A stretch of DNA of 64,000 bases from Psammoneis japonica (taxonomy: Eukaryota). A program made the translations under genes and the position numbers. The stretch is from the NCBI GenBank assembly GCA_008632985.1, contig QPGO01000138.1:62001-126000 (forward strand), read 5' to 3'. Positions 1 through 11,450 of the stretch are shown here, piece by piece; within the stretch, counting starts at the first letter, position 1, and every line of letters starts with the position of its first letter. Below the pieces are notes generated by a model that worked only from the letters and a program-made list of their open reading frames with translations, made no database searches and was not told the origin of the DNA.

Positions 1-4
1 CCCG

Positions 5-541
5 ATGTACGAGAATGTCAAGGGCTTTGTAGGCACTCCGACGTTCACTCATCGTGAAGTGCATAAGAATTCCGAATGGATATCTGCCCCACAGTATGAC
101 GATACAAACCTTGGTTTCACATTAATTGTGATTCTTGAGGGTGGCGTCGTTCCTTGGAAGGGTTTGAGTGACAAGGGCCCACAGAAGGGCACTGATGTGT
201 ATGATAAGCGAATTGAACAGGCGAACCTTTGTTTGCAGGAGAATGTACAGAACAAGAAACTGGACGCCGATCTAGCGAAGTGCATCAAGGATCTGTTCCT
301 GAAGGATAAGGAAAAGTTTCGAAGTGCTTGTGGCTGCAAAAAAACACAATGCAGAGGCGGCCGTTGCAGCTGCAGTAATACCGAAAACGGTTGCTCCATT
401 TTGTGCGCTTGTTGTTATGACAAGCAGAAGGCGGCTTTCTCCTGTTTAGGCAAGCACAATGGTCCGCAGAAGGGGAGCGTCGACGACGTCAAGTTTGATG
501 CCCCTATCGGAAGGATTACAGCTGCTGACCAGCAAATTTAG
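5..541 (+). CDS. 3' end of a protein-kinase-like protein (CK1/FunK1-like C-lobe) followed by a Cys-rich CXC-type module; 5'-truncated by the window edge
   Basis: GTPTFTHREVH...DDTNLGFTLIVILEGGVVPWKGL resembles kinase subdomains VIII-X (CK1-like GT..Y.S...H...DD.ESLGY.L...G.LPW.GL); then CGCKKTQCRGGRCSC.....CSILCACC. Confidence 0.55.
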   Translation: MYENVKGFVGTPTFTHREVHKNSEWISAPQYDDTNLGFTLIVILEGGVVPWKGLSDKGPQKGTDVYDKRIEQANLCLQENVQNKKLDADLAKCIKDLFLKDKEKFRSACGCKKTQCRGGRCSCSNTENGCSILCACCYDKQKAAFSCLGKHNGPQKGSVDDVKFDAPIGRITAADQQI

Positions 542-799
542 GTCCTCGAACTTTGCGGTAGACATACTCGTAGTGACAATTACAACAAGAAGTCTTCAAA
601 GATGTAACGCTTATTACTATGACTTTTCTGAAGTTGCCTTTGTGCCCTAAATGGGGTAAACTGGTCACGCTGTCAGAGACTAGATAGTCACTCGATGTGT
701 TCGAATTCTTCTTGCAGCGCCCCGCTCTGCGAAAAAGTAGAAGTTGATGGCACAGTGCTGCTATCCGGCCCACCATAGTGAAGTCTACAGTAGCTCCTC

Positions 800-2335
800 T
801 TATTTTTGATCTATTTCTTTTTGTTTCTGCTTTTGAGCTTTCTTCTTGACAGCATTGAGCTGACCCAAAAGAGTATTGGCCTTTACAAATCGGCCCCTGC
901 GATCATGCAGCTGTCGTTGCTTGTTGTTTGCTGTGTGATAGATTAAATGTTTGGAAAAGTGCTCTGGCTCCAAGACAAGGATTCTTTGCAAACCACACGA
1001 ATGCTTTGATTGTGCCAACTGAAGACCTCCGGACCACCACTCTACATTTCGTAAATCTAAACCGTCATACCCATAGTGTGGTGCATCATACGGTGGAAGG
1101 AATCCTCCCGAACATTCTTCGGTGTGCCATCGCCATATTTGCTCTCGACTCGCCATCCACCCACCCTGATTGTTTATAAACTTGGGAGTGTGCCCCGGTG
1201 GTCGATTCGCAAGGTCGGTAAAGGCTGTGCCTGCCCAGTAGTCTCCAATAATTTTATCTCGGTCAATGTTAAATAGAGTGGGGCCCGTCTGAAAGGCGAC
1301 CCAATCAAGCCACGACGGCTTGGGCATTTCTCTAACTCCCAATGCAATGATATCCGTCTCCCACAAAAAGAGCTTGTCAGATAAGGAGCGTTCTGGTAAA
1401 TGCGGTTTCACTGTTTGGTTAGAGACATGGCAGCATGTTTCGGGATTGACATGCTTTGGAACCAGCGTTCCGTTTGAAGTGAAATTCAGATCTACTGGTA
1501 CAGGTGCAAGCCGTTCTTGGGTACCAAACTTTTCCTCATCCAACAGTGATTCGACTCGTATGAATCCAGGAATCAAACGACCCAGTTGTTGTTTTCGCAG
1601 TGACCCATAAAACCCAGTATTCAAATCCGATTTCGAGCCTCCCGCCGGCGCGGGTTCGTCGGAAGCCTCCTCTCGAAGCCTCGAAATTTCGTTGCTTACT
1701 TTCATAAAGTATGCTACATGCTCTCCCTTGATGAGCATGTCATCTTCAAATACCACAAAGAAATCATAGTCTAAGAACTTGTCCTTGATTACAAACCGGT
1801 GCTGCCGTGCTAGGGATCGTGCAAGAGGAACAACCTTGTCCTTCAATTTTTGTCGGCCCCAATCTCGCGCCAAGGGTATGGCATCGTTCCATACTTCAAA
1901 TCCTACAGAAGATGGTAGTCCTTCTCGAATCAATGCCAGTCGTTCTGGTTGGAGAGTATATCCGAGAACCATGTAGACATCTACATGATAATTGTATGGA
2001 GGTGCAATCATGCTTCTCACGCCTTCGGTCAAAACTGGAAGAGCCACATTCAAAAGTCTATCCGATCCTCTTGAAGTGGCGCGTCTACCAGTATCATACT
2101 CGGAAAGAGTTGTTACAATGTAGAGTACGCGGAGAGGACCATCGTCGGTTTGATTTTGTGCAGTGCTCCTCGAGTATGTCGTGTTTGCATTTGGAGCGAC
2201 TTGCCCGCATTGAAGAAGCATAACTAACACTGAAATCCATAGTCTAAGGAGCACATTTTTCTCAACTAGTGTTTTGTGGCGTTCCCACCCTGCTGACAAG
2301 AGTGGTAAGTGACAGCGGTTGCGCTGAGCCGTCAT
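800..2335 (-). CDS. Hypothetical membrane-anchored/secreted protein, possibly GT-A glycosyltransferase-like
   Basis: Uninterrupted ~510-codon ORF with normal composition; hydrophobic stretch LLRLWISVLVMLL near the N-terminus; FFVVFEDDM resembles a DxD-type motif. First ATG at 2335. Confidence 0.7.
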   Translation of the reverse strand: MTAQRNRCHLPLLSAGWERHKTLVEKNVLLRLWISVLVMLLQCGQVAPNANTTYSRSTAQNQTDDGPLRVLYIVTTLSEYDTGRRATSRGSDRLLNVALPVLTEGVRSMIAPPYNYHVDVYMVLGYTLQPERLALIREGLPSSVGFEVWNDAIPLARDWGRQKLKDKVVPLARSLARQHRFVIKDKFLDYDFFVVFEDDMLIKGEHVAYFMKVSNEISRLREEASDEPAPAGGSKSDLNTGFYGSLRKQQLGRLIPGFIRVESLLDEEKFGTQERLAPVPVDLNFTSNGTLVPKHVNPETCCHVSNQTVKPHLPERSLSDKLFLWETDIIALGVREMPKPSWLDWVAFQTGPTLFNIDRDKIIGDYWAGTAFTDLANRPPGHTPKFINNQGGWMASREQIWRWHTEECSGGFLPPYDAPHYGYDGLDLRNVEWWSGGLQLAQSKHSCGLQRILVLEPEHFSKHLIYHTANNKQRQLHDRRGRFVKANTLLGQLNAVKKKAQKQKQKEIDQK

Positions 2336-3774
2336 TGCCGAAAAGTCTTGAGGCACGGTTGGTCAACGGTAGATAGGCCCTCGAGTCAAAACGCAACGGT
2401 CATCACGCACTGCGGCGCGCGGCTGCGCGCGGCGGCCTTTTGTGGTGCTGCCGACAGAATGACGAAAACCTGGAAGTGAACGTCGCGCCACAGCTCTCTG
2501 CTCTCTCCACTGCCAGCAGAGCAACTGTGCACTTCTGTCTACTGTATTCCAGCTACTTTAGAGTGTAGCCCACCGCAGCCACTCTCTAGAGCCATGGCTC
2601 TTGAGAAGTTGTGCAAATGAAGAGGAACCAGAAGGCCGCAAAAAGTTGCAGGAGGGCTCGGGGCTCCCAGCGCATCTTCTCCACAGCAGGGCAGAGTGTG
2701 AAAGCACAAAATGACAAGTGCTTGTCAGACTCCTCCTTTTTGCAAAATCATGATGATCACAGGCAACAGCACCAAAACCAAACAGGGGTTGCAAGGCCCA
2801 TGGAATCTCAATTTCCTCTTGTCTCTTTCACTGCCGGCACTGGGGCGCACTGTGTGTGTCCGCCCAGAGCAGCACCGCCAAGTGCTCCGTGCCCATGCTT
2901 CATTGCAACCTGCAAGCATGACCCCAAAAGTCACAACTGAGAACATTTCTCATGGCGGTGAGCTTGTTTCATCAAACTGGTGCCAGGCAAGAAAACTGTG
3001 GTGCATGTTGAAATTGATCTGCGGGATGTCGTCAATTGCCAGAATGGCTTTGTCTTTTTGCTCTGCATGTCATGCCTCTGGCTTCTGTTTTGCTTCTTCT
3101 TCTGTTCCACAGTGACTCTGAAAGCACTGTCTGGCACCACTCTCCAACATGAGTTTCACACTGAACTGATGAATCAAAGCACATGACAGGTTGTGCGTCT
3201 TTGTGGTTGGGGTGTTGACAGCAAGAGCGCAATTCTGAGGTGCTGGTGGGTGCTTTGCTGCCCCATGCATGTGGTGATTGCAAGGTGTTCATTCAAAGGA
3301 TTTGTCAACATGACAAGAAACCTTGTTTGGATGTGCTCATTTTTGTGCCTGTTTCTTCAATTTTTGTTCTTTGGCCTTCTTCTTTAAACACTCAATTGAC
3401 CCAACAGAGTGTTGGACTGTTTGATGACCAAGTTCTTTGGAGCAGTGCATCAGCCAGTTCTGGGTCTGGTGGATCATCAACAGTTTTCACAAAGGCAACA
3501 ATCATGGCAATGACAGAAACAACAATTCCAACAAATTTGTCACAATGCAGCCTGCTGAATCTGGGTGAAGCTGGAGTCCTCTTTGGACATCAGGGCTCCA
3601 AAGCACAAGAAACCAAAATTTAAGTTCTCTGCAGTGGCACCTGCCACCATCAAGAGTGCTGACATCACCAAACCCTCAATGGCAGGAAACACACCAGATG
3701 ATGGTGCCAATCTTGGCCTCCCATGGATTGGAAGTCAACTCAACACAACTCAAAATGTGCTCTGGAGACCACCA

Positions 3775-4610
3775 CATTTCTGATGCCAAGAAAGGGGGTG
3801 ACAAAATTTGGGTGCCAGTCCAGCCTCAATGGCAACTTTTTCATGCATTGCAAGGATTTGAGTTGCTCTCTAAACCTCTGCAATGTGCTCATGGGACCAG
3901 ATTTGGAATTTCCAGCCATGCCGTGATGATGGATCTCACACAAGATTTGGATTCCATGTCCATGTTGTGGAGTGAATGTTGTCATCTTGAATGCTGGAGT
4001 CACACAGCATGGGAATCATGCTCAGAATGAAAAAAACATTTTGATGTGTGGTTTTCAGTGTTTCAAAAGTCATGAGCAATTCTCAATGACCAGCTGGAAA
4101 GTCTCTAGCTGGAAACCCTTGTCACCAGAGAAACACAACAGCAACAAACAAGAAGCCAAAGCTGGAGAAAAATGAGAGCAAGATGAGGTTGGAAAGGATG
4201 GTGCACCACAATCAATAACAAAGCTCATCATGTGCTTTTTAGAATCTGTGTTTTTCATCACTGGAGAATTTGGTCTCTTGATCACCATGCATTTTTTGTT
4301 TTCCATGTCACTGTCCATTTAAATTTTTTGCTTGCAGTTGCAGAAGCACCTGCTGCAGCAAGAGAGCAAACCTGCCAGTGCTCAGACGTCACTTGCACAG
4401 ATGACTGCACTGTGTTGTCAACCTAGAATGATGAACCATGAATCAGAATGTGTTGCTCCATTTGCAAGGAATTGTGGTTGAGCATCAGTGCAGTCACACA
4501 ATGCGGGAACGTGACAAATCACTGAGACAGCTCATCACATGGCAAAGGATCATCTGTGAACTCCTTGGTGCTCCATTGCCAGGTGTCTCATCCATTGCCG
4601 CTTGTGAACA
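3775..4610 (+). repeat. Dispersed repeat, copy 1 (homologous to ~28085-28865)
   Basis: Collinear matches, e.g. gagcaagatgaggttggaaaggatggtg (~4176) vs gggcaagatgaggttggaaaggatggtg (~28485); tgtcaaccta...gaaccatgaatca in both. Confidence 0.9.
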
Positions 4611-5709
4611 CAATTGCATTGTTGTCCATCTCAACAACTCACAAACACAGAAAACGAATGTTGGCAACACAAAATGCAAGCGCAACAAACAAAAACAGTG
4701 AAGAGTGGTGCACCACATTTTTTGGGGGAGCAGGTTTTTCTGGAGGTTCTGGGGTGTTGGTTTTGTCAGCACCATCGTTGCCATGGTCATCGTCATTGGA
4801 AAGGCAAGTGCTGTTGTCAATGACTTTTTGGAGAACTCATCATCCGCAAAGGGGGAGAACATGCAGCGAGTCGCACTGCGGCCGGAATCTGTGGAACAGA
4901 TGGAATCGTCATCATCAGAGGATTCTTCATTGGCACCTTCAGCAAGACTGCCAGAGACACCAGATGATTTGTCCTCCTCTTTGCTGTCAACATCTGCCAG
5001 GCAAGAGTGCACCCTGGGGAGTGATCAAGGCGGGCACATGCTTTCTCTGAAGACAATGATGGAGCACCAACAGCAGCAACCACACATCTGCGGAGTGACA
5101 GGTTTGTCTTGGGTGGGTTGGACTGGTGGAGGTGATGCAATGGGCCTCATCATTGCAACAAAAAAGGGCCATGGGGTTGTGCCAAATCTGTGCAGATTTC
5201 ATCATGTCAAATGCGGCAAAAACAAAGTGAGCAGAAGTTGACAGGGTGGAAAAGCCACAGAAACATTGTAGAAAGGACAAAATAATTGCAGAACAAGTTG
5301 TTTGACTCAACGCACATTGTGCGTTTGTGAGCGAATTGCAGCTCTGGGTGCCACTGGCATGTGTCATGTGCGACACGACATGAATCACTCAATGCACCAA
5401 TTTTGATCAGGTGAGAAACACATTGCTGAACACAACAAACAAGGGCAAAATCCATTTGGGCAACTGTGTGTTCCACAAACATGTGCATGTCAGGTGTGCC
5501 AATTGTCAAGTGCAAGTCGGAAGATGAAAAATGACACAAATGTGTTGGGGGGGCAGTGGATTGGGTGGATGACAAATGTGGGCATGTGCAAATGAACAAA
5601 AAAGGTGGGACACCAATAAGAGACTGTGCAAATCAACAAGTGAGGGGGGTGACGGAATGCACGGAGAAGTGTGCCCAATGGTTCACGGCGGGGGACAATG
5701 ACCTGTGAT

Positions 5710-7000
5710 TCATGCAGCTTTTTTCACCTTTCTGATGTGCTGATCTTTGCCCAGTTGTTTTCCTTGGCAGCCAGCTGGCAGGGATTGTTGACCCAGTTCA
5801 GGAGTTGAAAGCAGCACAACTTTGAGCCAACTGGTGCAGCACAACATTTTGTTGGCAATGTCATTTGGTTCTCTAACAAGCCAGTGCAGTGGCACACAAG
5901 GCACCGCTGCAGCACTGGCATCATTTGAGGTTGTGTGTGTGCCATTTGAGAAGGCAAGGAGTCATCACAAGACCGCTGCCAGAAAGAATCATTGGCTTGT
6001 TCACAGGATGAATTTTGTTTGCAATTGTGGGCATTGTTGTCTTTGCAAAGAAGCAGCTGTTGGAGATGGCACTCTTGGTGTGCACCCAGAGCTTGGCTCA
6101 AGATGCTTTCCATTGTGACATTCCAAATGCTTTGATTTTCCCAGAGGCGAAACAGGCTTTGTGTGTCGGTGCTTGTTGATGTCAATGAAATGCAATGCAT
6201 TGACCTGCATTGGTCGTCACACACCAACAATCTTTTTCATCAGACAAATGAGCACAACAAAACATCAGGAACACTCCACACAGATCCATGTGTGCAAAGT
6301 TGCTGCTGTCACAGCAGATGCCTTCATTGTGCTTTCTCTCTTGAGGGAAGTTTTGTTGGTTTGTCAAAGAAGATTCTGCAATGAGTCATTCTCAGGTCAA
6401 AACAAATTTCAACTCAGGCATCATGACGGGGATTCATTTAAAGGGCAGTGCAATTGCTTGAGAAAGATTCTGCAATGGGTCATTTTCACGTCAAAATGAC
6501 ATCAAGCTCAGACATCATGACAAGCACTCACTTTTAAAGTGCAATGTTGTCTCAAGTTCATGGAACTTCACTGGCCCCACAAAGCTTTCATGGGACAACT
6601 GACATGAGAGACTTGCTCAGGAGATTGGGACACCTTCCAATGGATCCCTGAATGACCATCACATTGCCGTCACAACCAGTCAGCTCTCACTTTGTCCAAT
6701 GGCCAAGGTGTCGACAATCGGTTGTTTGTCAGATTGTTGCCAAAATGAATGTCACATTCATGGAAAATTGGCACACCTCCATTGGGGTTGCTTCACATTG
6801 TCCTCCATTGCTTGCACATCACATCCATTGTGTCAACTCATCACATGCATGACATTGCTGTCTGCAATGGGAACAACCTTAAAAACACTTTTTCAGAATC
6901 ACTCATTGGCCAACATCAGAATCAACAGCACCCAAAGTGGCGCAATTCATTTGGCCATTTTATGAACACCCAAACACCCCAATGATTGATGCAACTGCAG
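5710..7000 (-). pseudogene. Decayed intron-containing gene of unknown function
   Basis: Over ~6750-6530 the minus strand reads as one frame if TGA stops are restored to CGA (SFWQQSDKQPIVDTLAIGQSES*LVVTAM*WSFRDPLEGVPIS*ASLS...LHFK), ending at a gtgagt donor, with ttgcag acceptor-like sites downstream. Confidence 0.4.
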
Positions 7001-8227
7001 TGACGTCAAATTGCAACCAAAAGCAGTCAAAAACCCCCAAAACGGCAACACAGCACCTTGAAAATGAGATCATGAAGGTGCGCTTTTCTCTTCACTGAAC
7101 AAACCACCATAATCATTTGCAATGAAAAAAAAGTGTCACAAAAATTCCTGGCCTAGTTTCATTTTATGGTTGAAAAACCCTGTTTTTCATTTGGGGTCAC
7201 GCACTCATGAAACTGCGATTCGGTGCCAGCTTGGAGTTGCATTAGATTTCAGACTGACACTGGGTCCCTCCCTGCCGGCGTCAACCTGTCACATGGCTGA
7301 CCCACAGAAGCCATCAGGAATCATTCGAAAATGTTGCATGAGTCACAACTGACATTTTGCGTGTGGGGAAAAACACAAAATCGTGTGAAAATGCAGACAC
7401 ATTCCAGGTCTAGGTGGGACCTCGTACTGCTAAACTGTGACATCGACAGTTTTTTGAATCGCGTCGCATGTCGCGCACGCACATTTCTACGTGATTTTGG
7501 CAAAATTTTGCATCATTTTACAGTGCAATTGTCAGGCGATCCATTCAACAACTTTTAACATTTTTTTCTTCTGTGCCATTCTCGAGTGTCTCAAGGGTGG
7601 TCGGTTGCTGCTTTTTTAGCTCGAATTCGGCCGAATGGCTCGTGTTTTGCATGATTTTTCCTGAATTTCACCGTGCTTCACCGTGGTGAAAACAACAAGC
7701 CACAAGTCTGTTGCAGAGGTGGTCCATCTGCCAACTCTCATTTATTTTATGTTTGTCATGTGTCAAAGATTGTGTGCACATGAAAAGTTGGCAGACGGCA
7801 AACTGCGTTTTTGAGAAATGTCGATGATTGTCATCATCGTCGTGCTTCGATCGCGGTGTTGATGGTTCTCGTTTTCGTGCGCGATTGGGTGTGACTGTGA
7901 ACAATTCTTGTGTTCAAAAACAAACACTGTAAAAAACCTTGTTCAAATGCAATGGCAATTTTGGGACAAACGCGGGGATGACCCCCCCTCAAGAATGGCA
8001 TGGGGCAGGCGCACTGTCCAAAACTTCGAGTGCGAACAGAGACATGTGCACTGCAAACTTGGCCGTTCATTTTATGTCGAAGACAAATGTGTCCATTGAC
8101 CAGAGTACAAACCACAGAGCTTGCACGCAGAATTCTACGGGGCAAGCTGTCACAAAAAGTCCCACCCAGGACTGGAACCCCGTCTTCACACGATGTCATG
8201 CGAGAGAGTGATTGGAGCTAACAACTT

Positions 8228-8328
8228 TTCGGGAACTGAGTTGAAATGCCATCTGATTGATGGCATTGGCCTTCACCATGTGAATCAAAATGCCATTGAT
8301 CAGATGGCATTTCAATTGATTTCCCGAG
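8228..8328. repeat. Imperfect inverted repeat (27-bp core arms 8241-8267 and 8289-8315)
   Basis: Left arm ttgaaatgccatctgattgatggcatt vs reverse complement of right arm ttgaaatgccatctgatcaatggcatt; outer tcgggaa/ttcccga extend it. Confidence 0.85.
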
Positions 8329-9478
8329 AAGTCAACATTCATGCATGGATGGATGGACAGACTGACAGCAATCTGTTTTGGCACTCTCCCACACAATTTC
8401 TGCACAATGACTCTCAGGACCCAAATGATGTCCAACAAGCAGATCATGGTCAGATTGAGTTTAAGAGAGATGAGTCCATCTGTTGTTCACAGTGATTCTT
8501 CACCTTCAAGTGGTGGGGAGATGCGACAGCCCACATCTGATCCCAGCTCCATCCTGGACACAGACAACCACATGACACACCCAACATTTTCACCACAGCA
8601 AGAGGCACCTGCATCAATTTGAAAGCTCATGGTTCTCAGGTTGCCATTTGCAGTGCTGCCAAAAGAGACATTGAGAGGGGCATTCCGAGGATCTGGAGCT
8701 GCGCCAGGACCGGCATCTGCTGGCTCCCAGAAGTGGCCCAATGTTGCCAGACTTTCCTCTGGTCACAAATGAAGCCTTTTTGGATGTGAACATCACAATT
8801 GATGCAGCTTGATTTGAGGTCATTGAGACCCAGCATCAAGAGGAGGTTCCTTTCCCCACATGACACGTTGTTGAAGGACGAGTGGGGATGGGTGTGTCAA
8901 AAGCAAGAGCAGCGAGAGAAAAAATGGGGGCGGCTCACATGCAAAATGAGCAGTTGCATGCATGTTGCAAGAAAAGAAGAACAAGACTCATGGTCACACA
9001 AGTGACCTCACGCAAGCAGCAAACAAGTCACTGACAGGAGTGTGCGGCCACTGGAGTGACACATCTGCACACGAAGAGAGTGCTGCCAAAAGAAGAACTC
9101 ATCGTCGCTGTTGCTTTCGTGAGATTCTGAACGGTTTCGTTTGTGTGGCATGCACAAAAAATCATGGTTGGAGTGAGAATGAACGCATCCTGGTTTAAAT
9201 TTTAAACATGTTACACTCGTCCGCGTGTAGCCTGTGTTTTAACACTGTGCAAACAAAGTGATCGATCTTCCTTCGTACGTCAAGCAACTTCAACTTGAAG
9301 CCGGGGAGCGCGCACGATTGGATTGGCCTTTGACACCTGATGGTTCTTTTCATCATGCTCTAGAGTAGAGATCGAACAAACTCTGCTTGTTGATTATTCT
9401 TCTTCAGTCTGATGAAGCGAATGCGGATTAGAAAACATGACAACTTCGCTTTTGTAACTACTTGAGATTGCGCTCACC

Positions 9479-11305
9479 ATGAACTACTTGTATTCTAGCA
9501 GCAGCAAACGGGCAACCGCAAGCCACAGGAATCTGGTGGATGGCGGCGAAAGCAAACCTGCAAGTGCAATGACAAGAAGGAACCCTGAAGAGGGGGCAGG
9601 AGGCCAAGAACGACTCCCAGATTTGGAAACGACGACAAGGCAAACTGGTGGAGGAGCAGCGGAAGGCGAGGCACATCCTAAATCAATTCACGAGAAACAG
9701 CTTTTCGACATGTTAACAAATTTGGGCTTCGAAGGAGAAGATGTGGAACAGGCACTGCAGGCTAACGAGTGGAAATTTGATGATGCTCTTGAGCAGCTTC
9801 TTGCTATGCAGCTCGTGAAAGATGATGAAACTCAAGTTGCTACGTGAATGAAAGCTCAGATGACACGAACAAGACAGAGACAATCCCTACCGGCGTGACG
9901 GGTGCTCAGTCCGGTGTTGATACAAGTCGGATTGATACACGCCAGGGCATCCAGCATAAGAAGCAAACTGGCTACGTTTCCGAGAGGGAACAAAAGCCGT
10001 GTCAAGTCGTAGCCTCAATGCAAGAGCTTCTGCTGATGAGGGCGGCATCGAAGCGGAAGGAACACCAATGACCGTACCGGTAGCGCCCAACCCAGATGGA
10101 TTCTGCCAATCATGTGGAACTAAGATATGCAATGTTGATCAAAGAGGACTGCTCAGGAAGAAAGTTTTCACCCCCCTTAACATACCTGGAGTAGTCACCA
10201 TGGGTCGGTGCCTCCACTGCCATCCTAATACACCCGCCGACGACCTGCAGCAGCAAGCAGCCGCACCGAGTGATGCGAATCGCGACGGCGACGCAGCTCT
10301 TCAAAGAGCTGCTGGGAACGTGGGCGCATATCCAGTTCATTATTCCAGTGGTGCAGCTGATGACCCATCTGGAGTGGTGTCCAGTCAAGCCCTACCTGAG
10401 GCCGAAATTGAGTCCCCTGCCGGATCTCAACAACGAGAGCATGTGGTTCCTAATGCATGGGAAGTACGAAGCATGATCGAGGCTAGAGCGATTCCCATAT
10501 CTTCTCCCGAGGGGAATCCGCCTGAGAGTCATGTTTCCAAATAGGCACGGAGGGTGAAGATACAAAATCTTGTTGGTTGGGAAAGAAAAAGTTCCTGACA
10601 ATGGCCGTTGTGTGCCTGTCGGGTGTGGCAGCAGGCGTTGCTCTCGCTCTCGTTGTGTCCACGAACTCCTCCAGTAGTTCCGGCGACCAGAAGAGTGTCA
10701 CAGTCGCTGGAGGAGTAGAGAGCAGCTTAGCGCCAACAACTCTCGCACCCACGCTACCTCCGAGTCCAGAGCCCACCGCGGCACCCGTGATTGGTCCCAC
10801 GCCACCTCCAACCCAAGAGCCCACGAGAAATCCAACGCAAAACCCGACCGGGGCACCTACACCCCCTCCCACGCGACACCCAACGAGGAACCCAACGAGG
10901 AACCCGACAAGGAACCCGACGAGAAGACCTACAGCTCGTCCCACACCCCCTCCTACACCATGGCCAGCTACACCGCCTCCAACTCCATCGCCAACGCCCG
11001 GTTGTGGTTCCATCTGGCAGCACGAAACGACTCGGAGCGAGATAGTTACAGGAGTCGGTCAATCAGCGTGCGATAGCTGCAGTCCCGCAGTTGTGTGTCC
11101 CAGTGAATACGATGGCACCGCTGAAAAAAGCGTCGAGGATTCAATCTGGGACAAATGCCGCCAAGCGGCGAGCTGCAATGTTTTTGAGAGGGTCCTGATA
11201 AGTGACCTGATGTGCAGTTCCAAATTCTGTGATTGTATTTCTGAATGTCATTGTGAGCAGGACTGCTCTGGCAGATGCCGATATCGAGTGACATGTACCT
11301 ATTAG
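9479..11305 (+). CDS. Probable single gene split over four frames: UBA domain, CxxC...CxxC zinc-ribbon, TM helix, Pro/Thr mucin-like repeats and Cys-rich C-terminus
   Basis: LTNLGFEGEDVEQALQANEWKFDDALEQLL (UBA-like); CQSCG...PLNIPGVVTMGRCLHC; TM MAVVCLSGVAAGVALALVV; PTRNPT repeats. ORFs 9479, 9844, 9999 and 10577 each step by -1 frame. Confidence 0.6.
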
Positions 11306-11450
11306 ATGTCGAGACGTCAGGTGTTTTCAGAGAAAAGGAAAAAAGCACCCAGAGGCACCCCAACCAGAGGCTGCATGATAGCCCTATTTCTCGAGAAGGC
11401 GCGTCGGAGAGTAACGGCTGCTCGTAAATGAGCACATCTGATCTGACGCT

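Larger units (their letters stand above)
2590..9190. other. Hypermutated domain A (CpG- and TpA-depleted, TpG/CpA-rich) containing decayed repeat and gene remnants
   Basis: TA nearly absent and CG scarce (partly retained at ~7330-8220); six-frame ORFs almost lack Tyr and are rich in Cys/His/Gln. Borders approximate. Confidence 0.85.

Noticed and set aside
2558..9198. Dozens of short overlapping ORFs in all six frames (likewise in domains B-F)
   Set aside because: Artefact of TAA/TAG loss and extra ATG/GTG/TTG starts in TA-depleted DNA; Cys/His/Gln-rich, nearly Tyr-free, no domains.
10800..10990. Regular 12-nt repeats
   Set aside because: Coding PTRN/PT mucin repeats; the antisense ORF 10483-11013 is their shadow.
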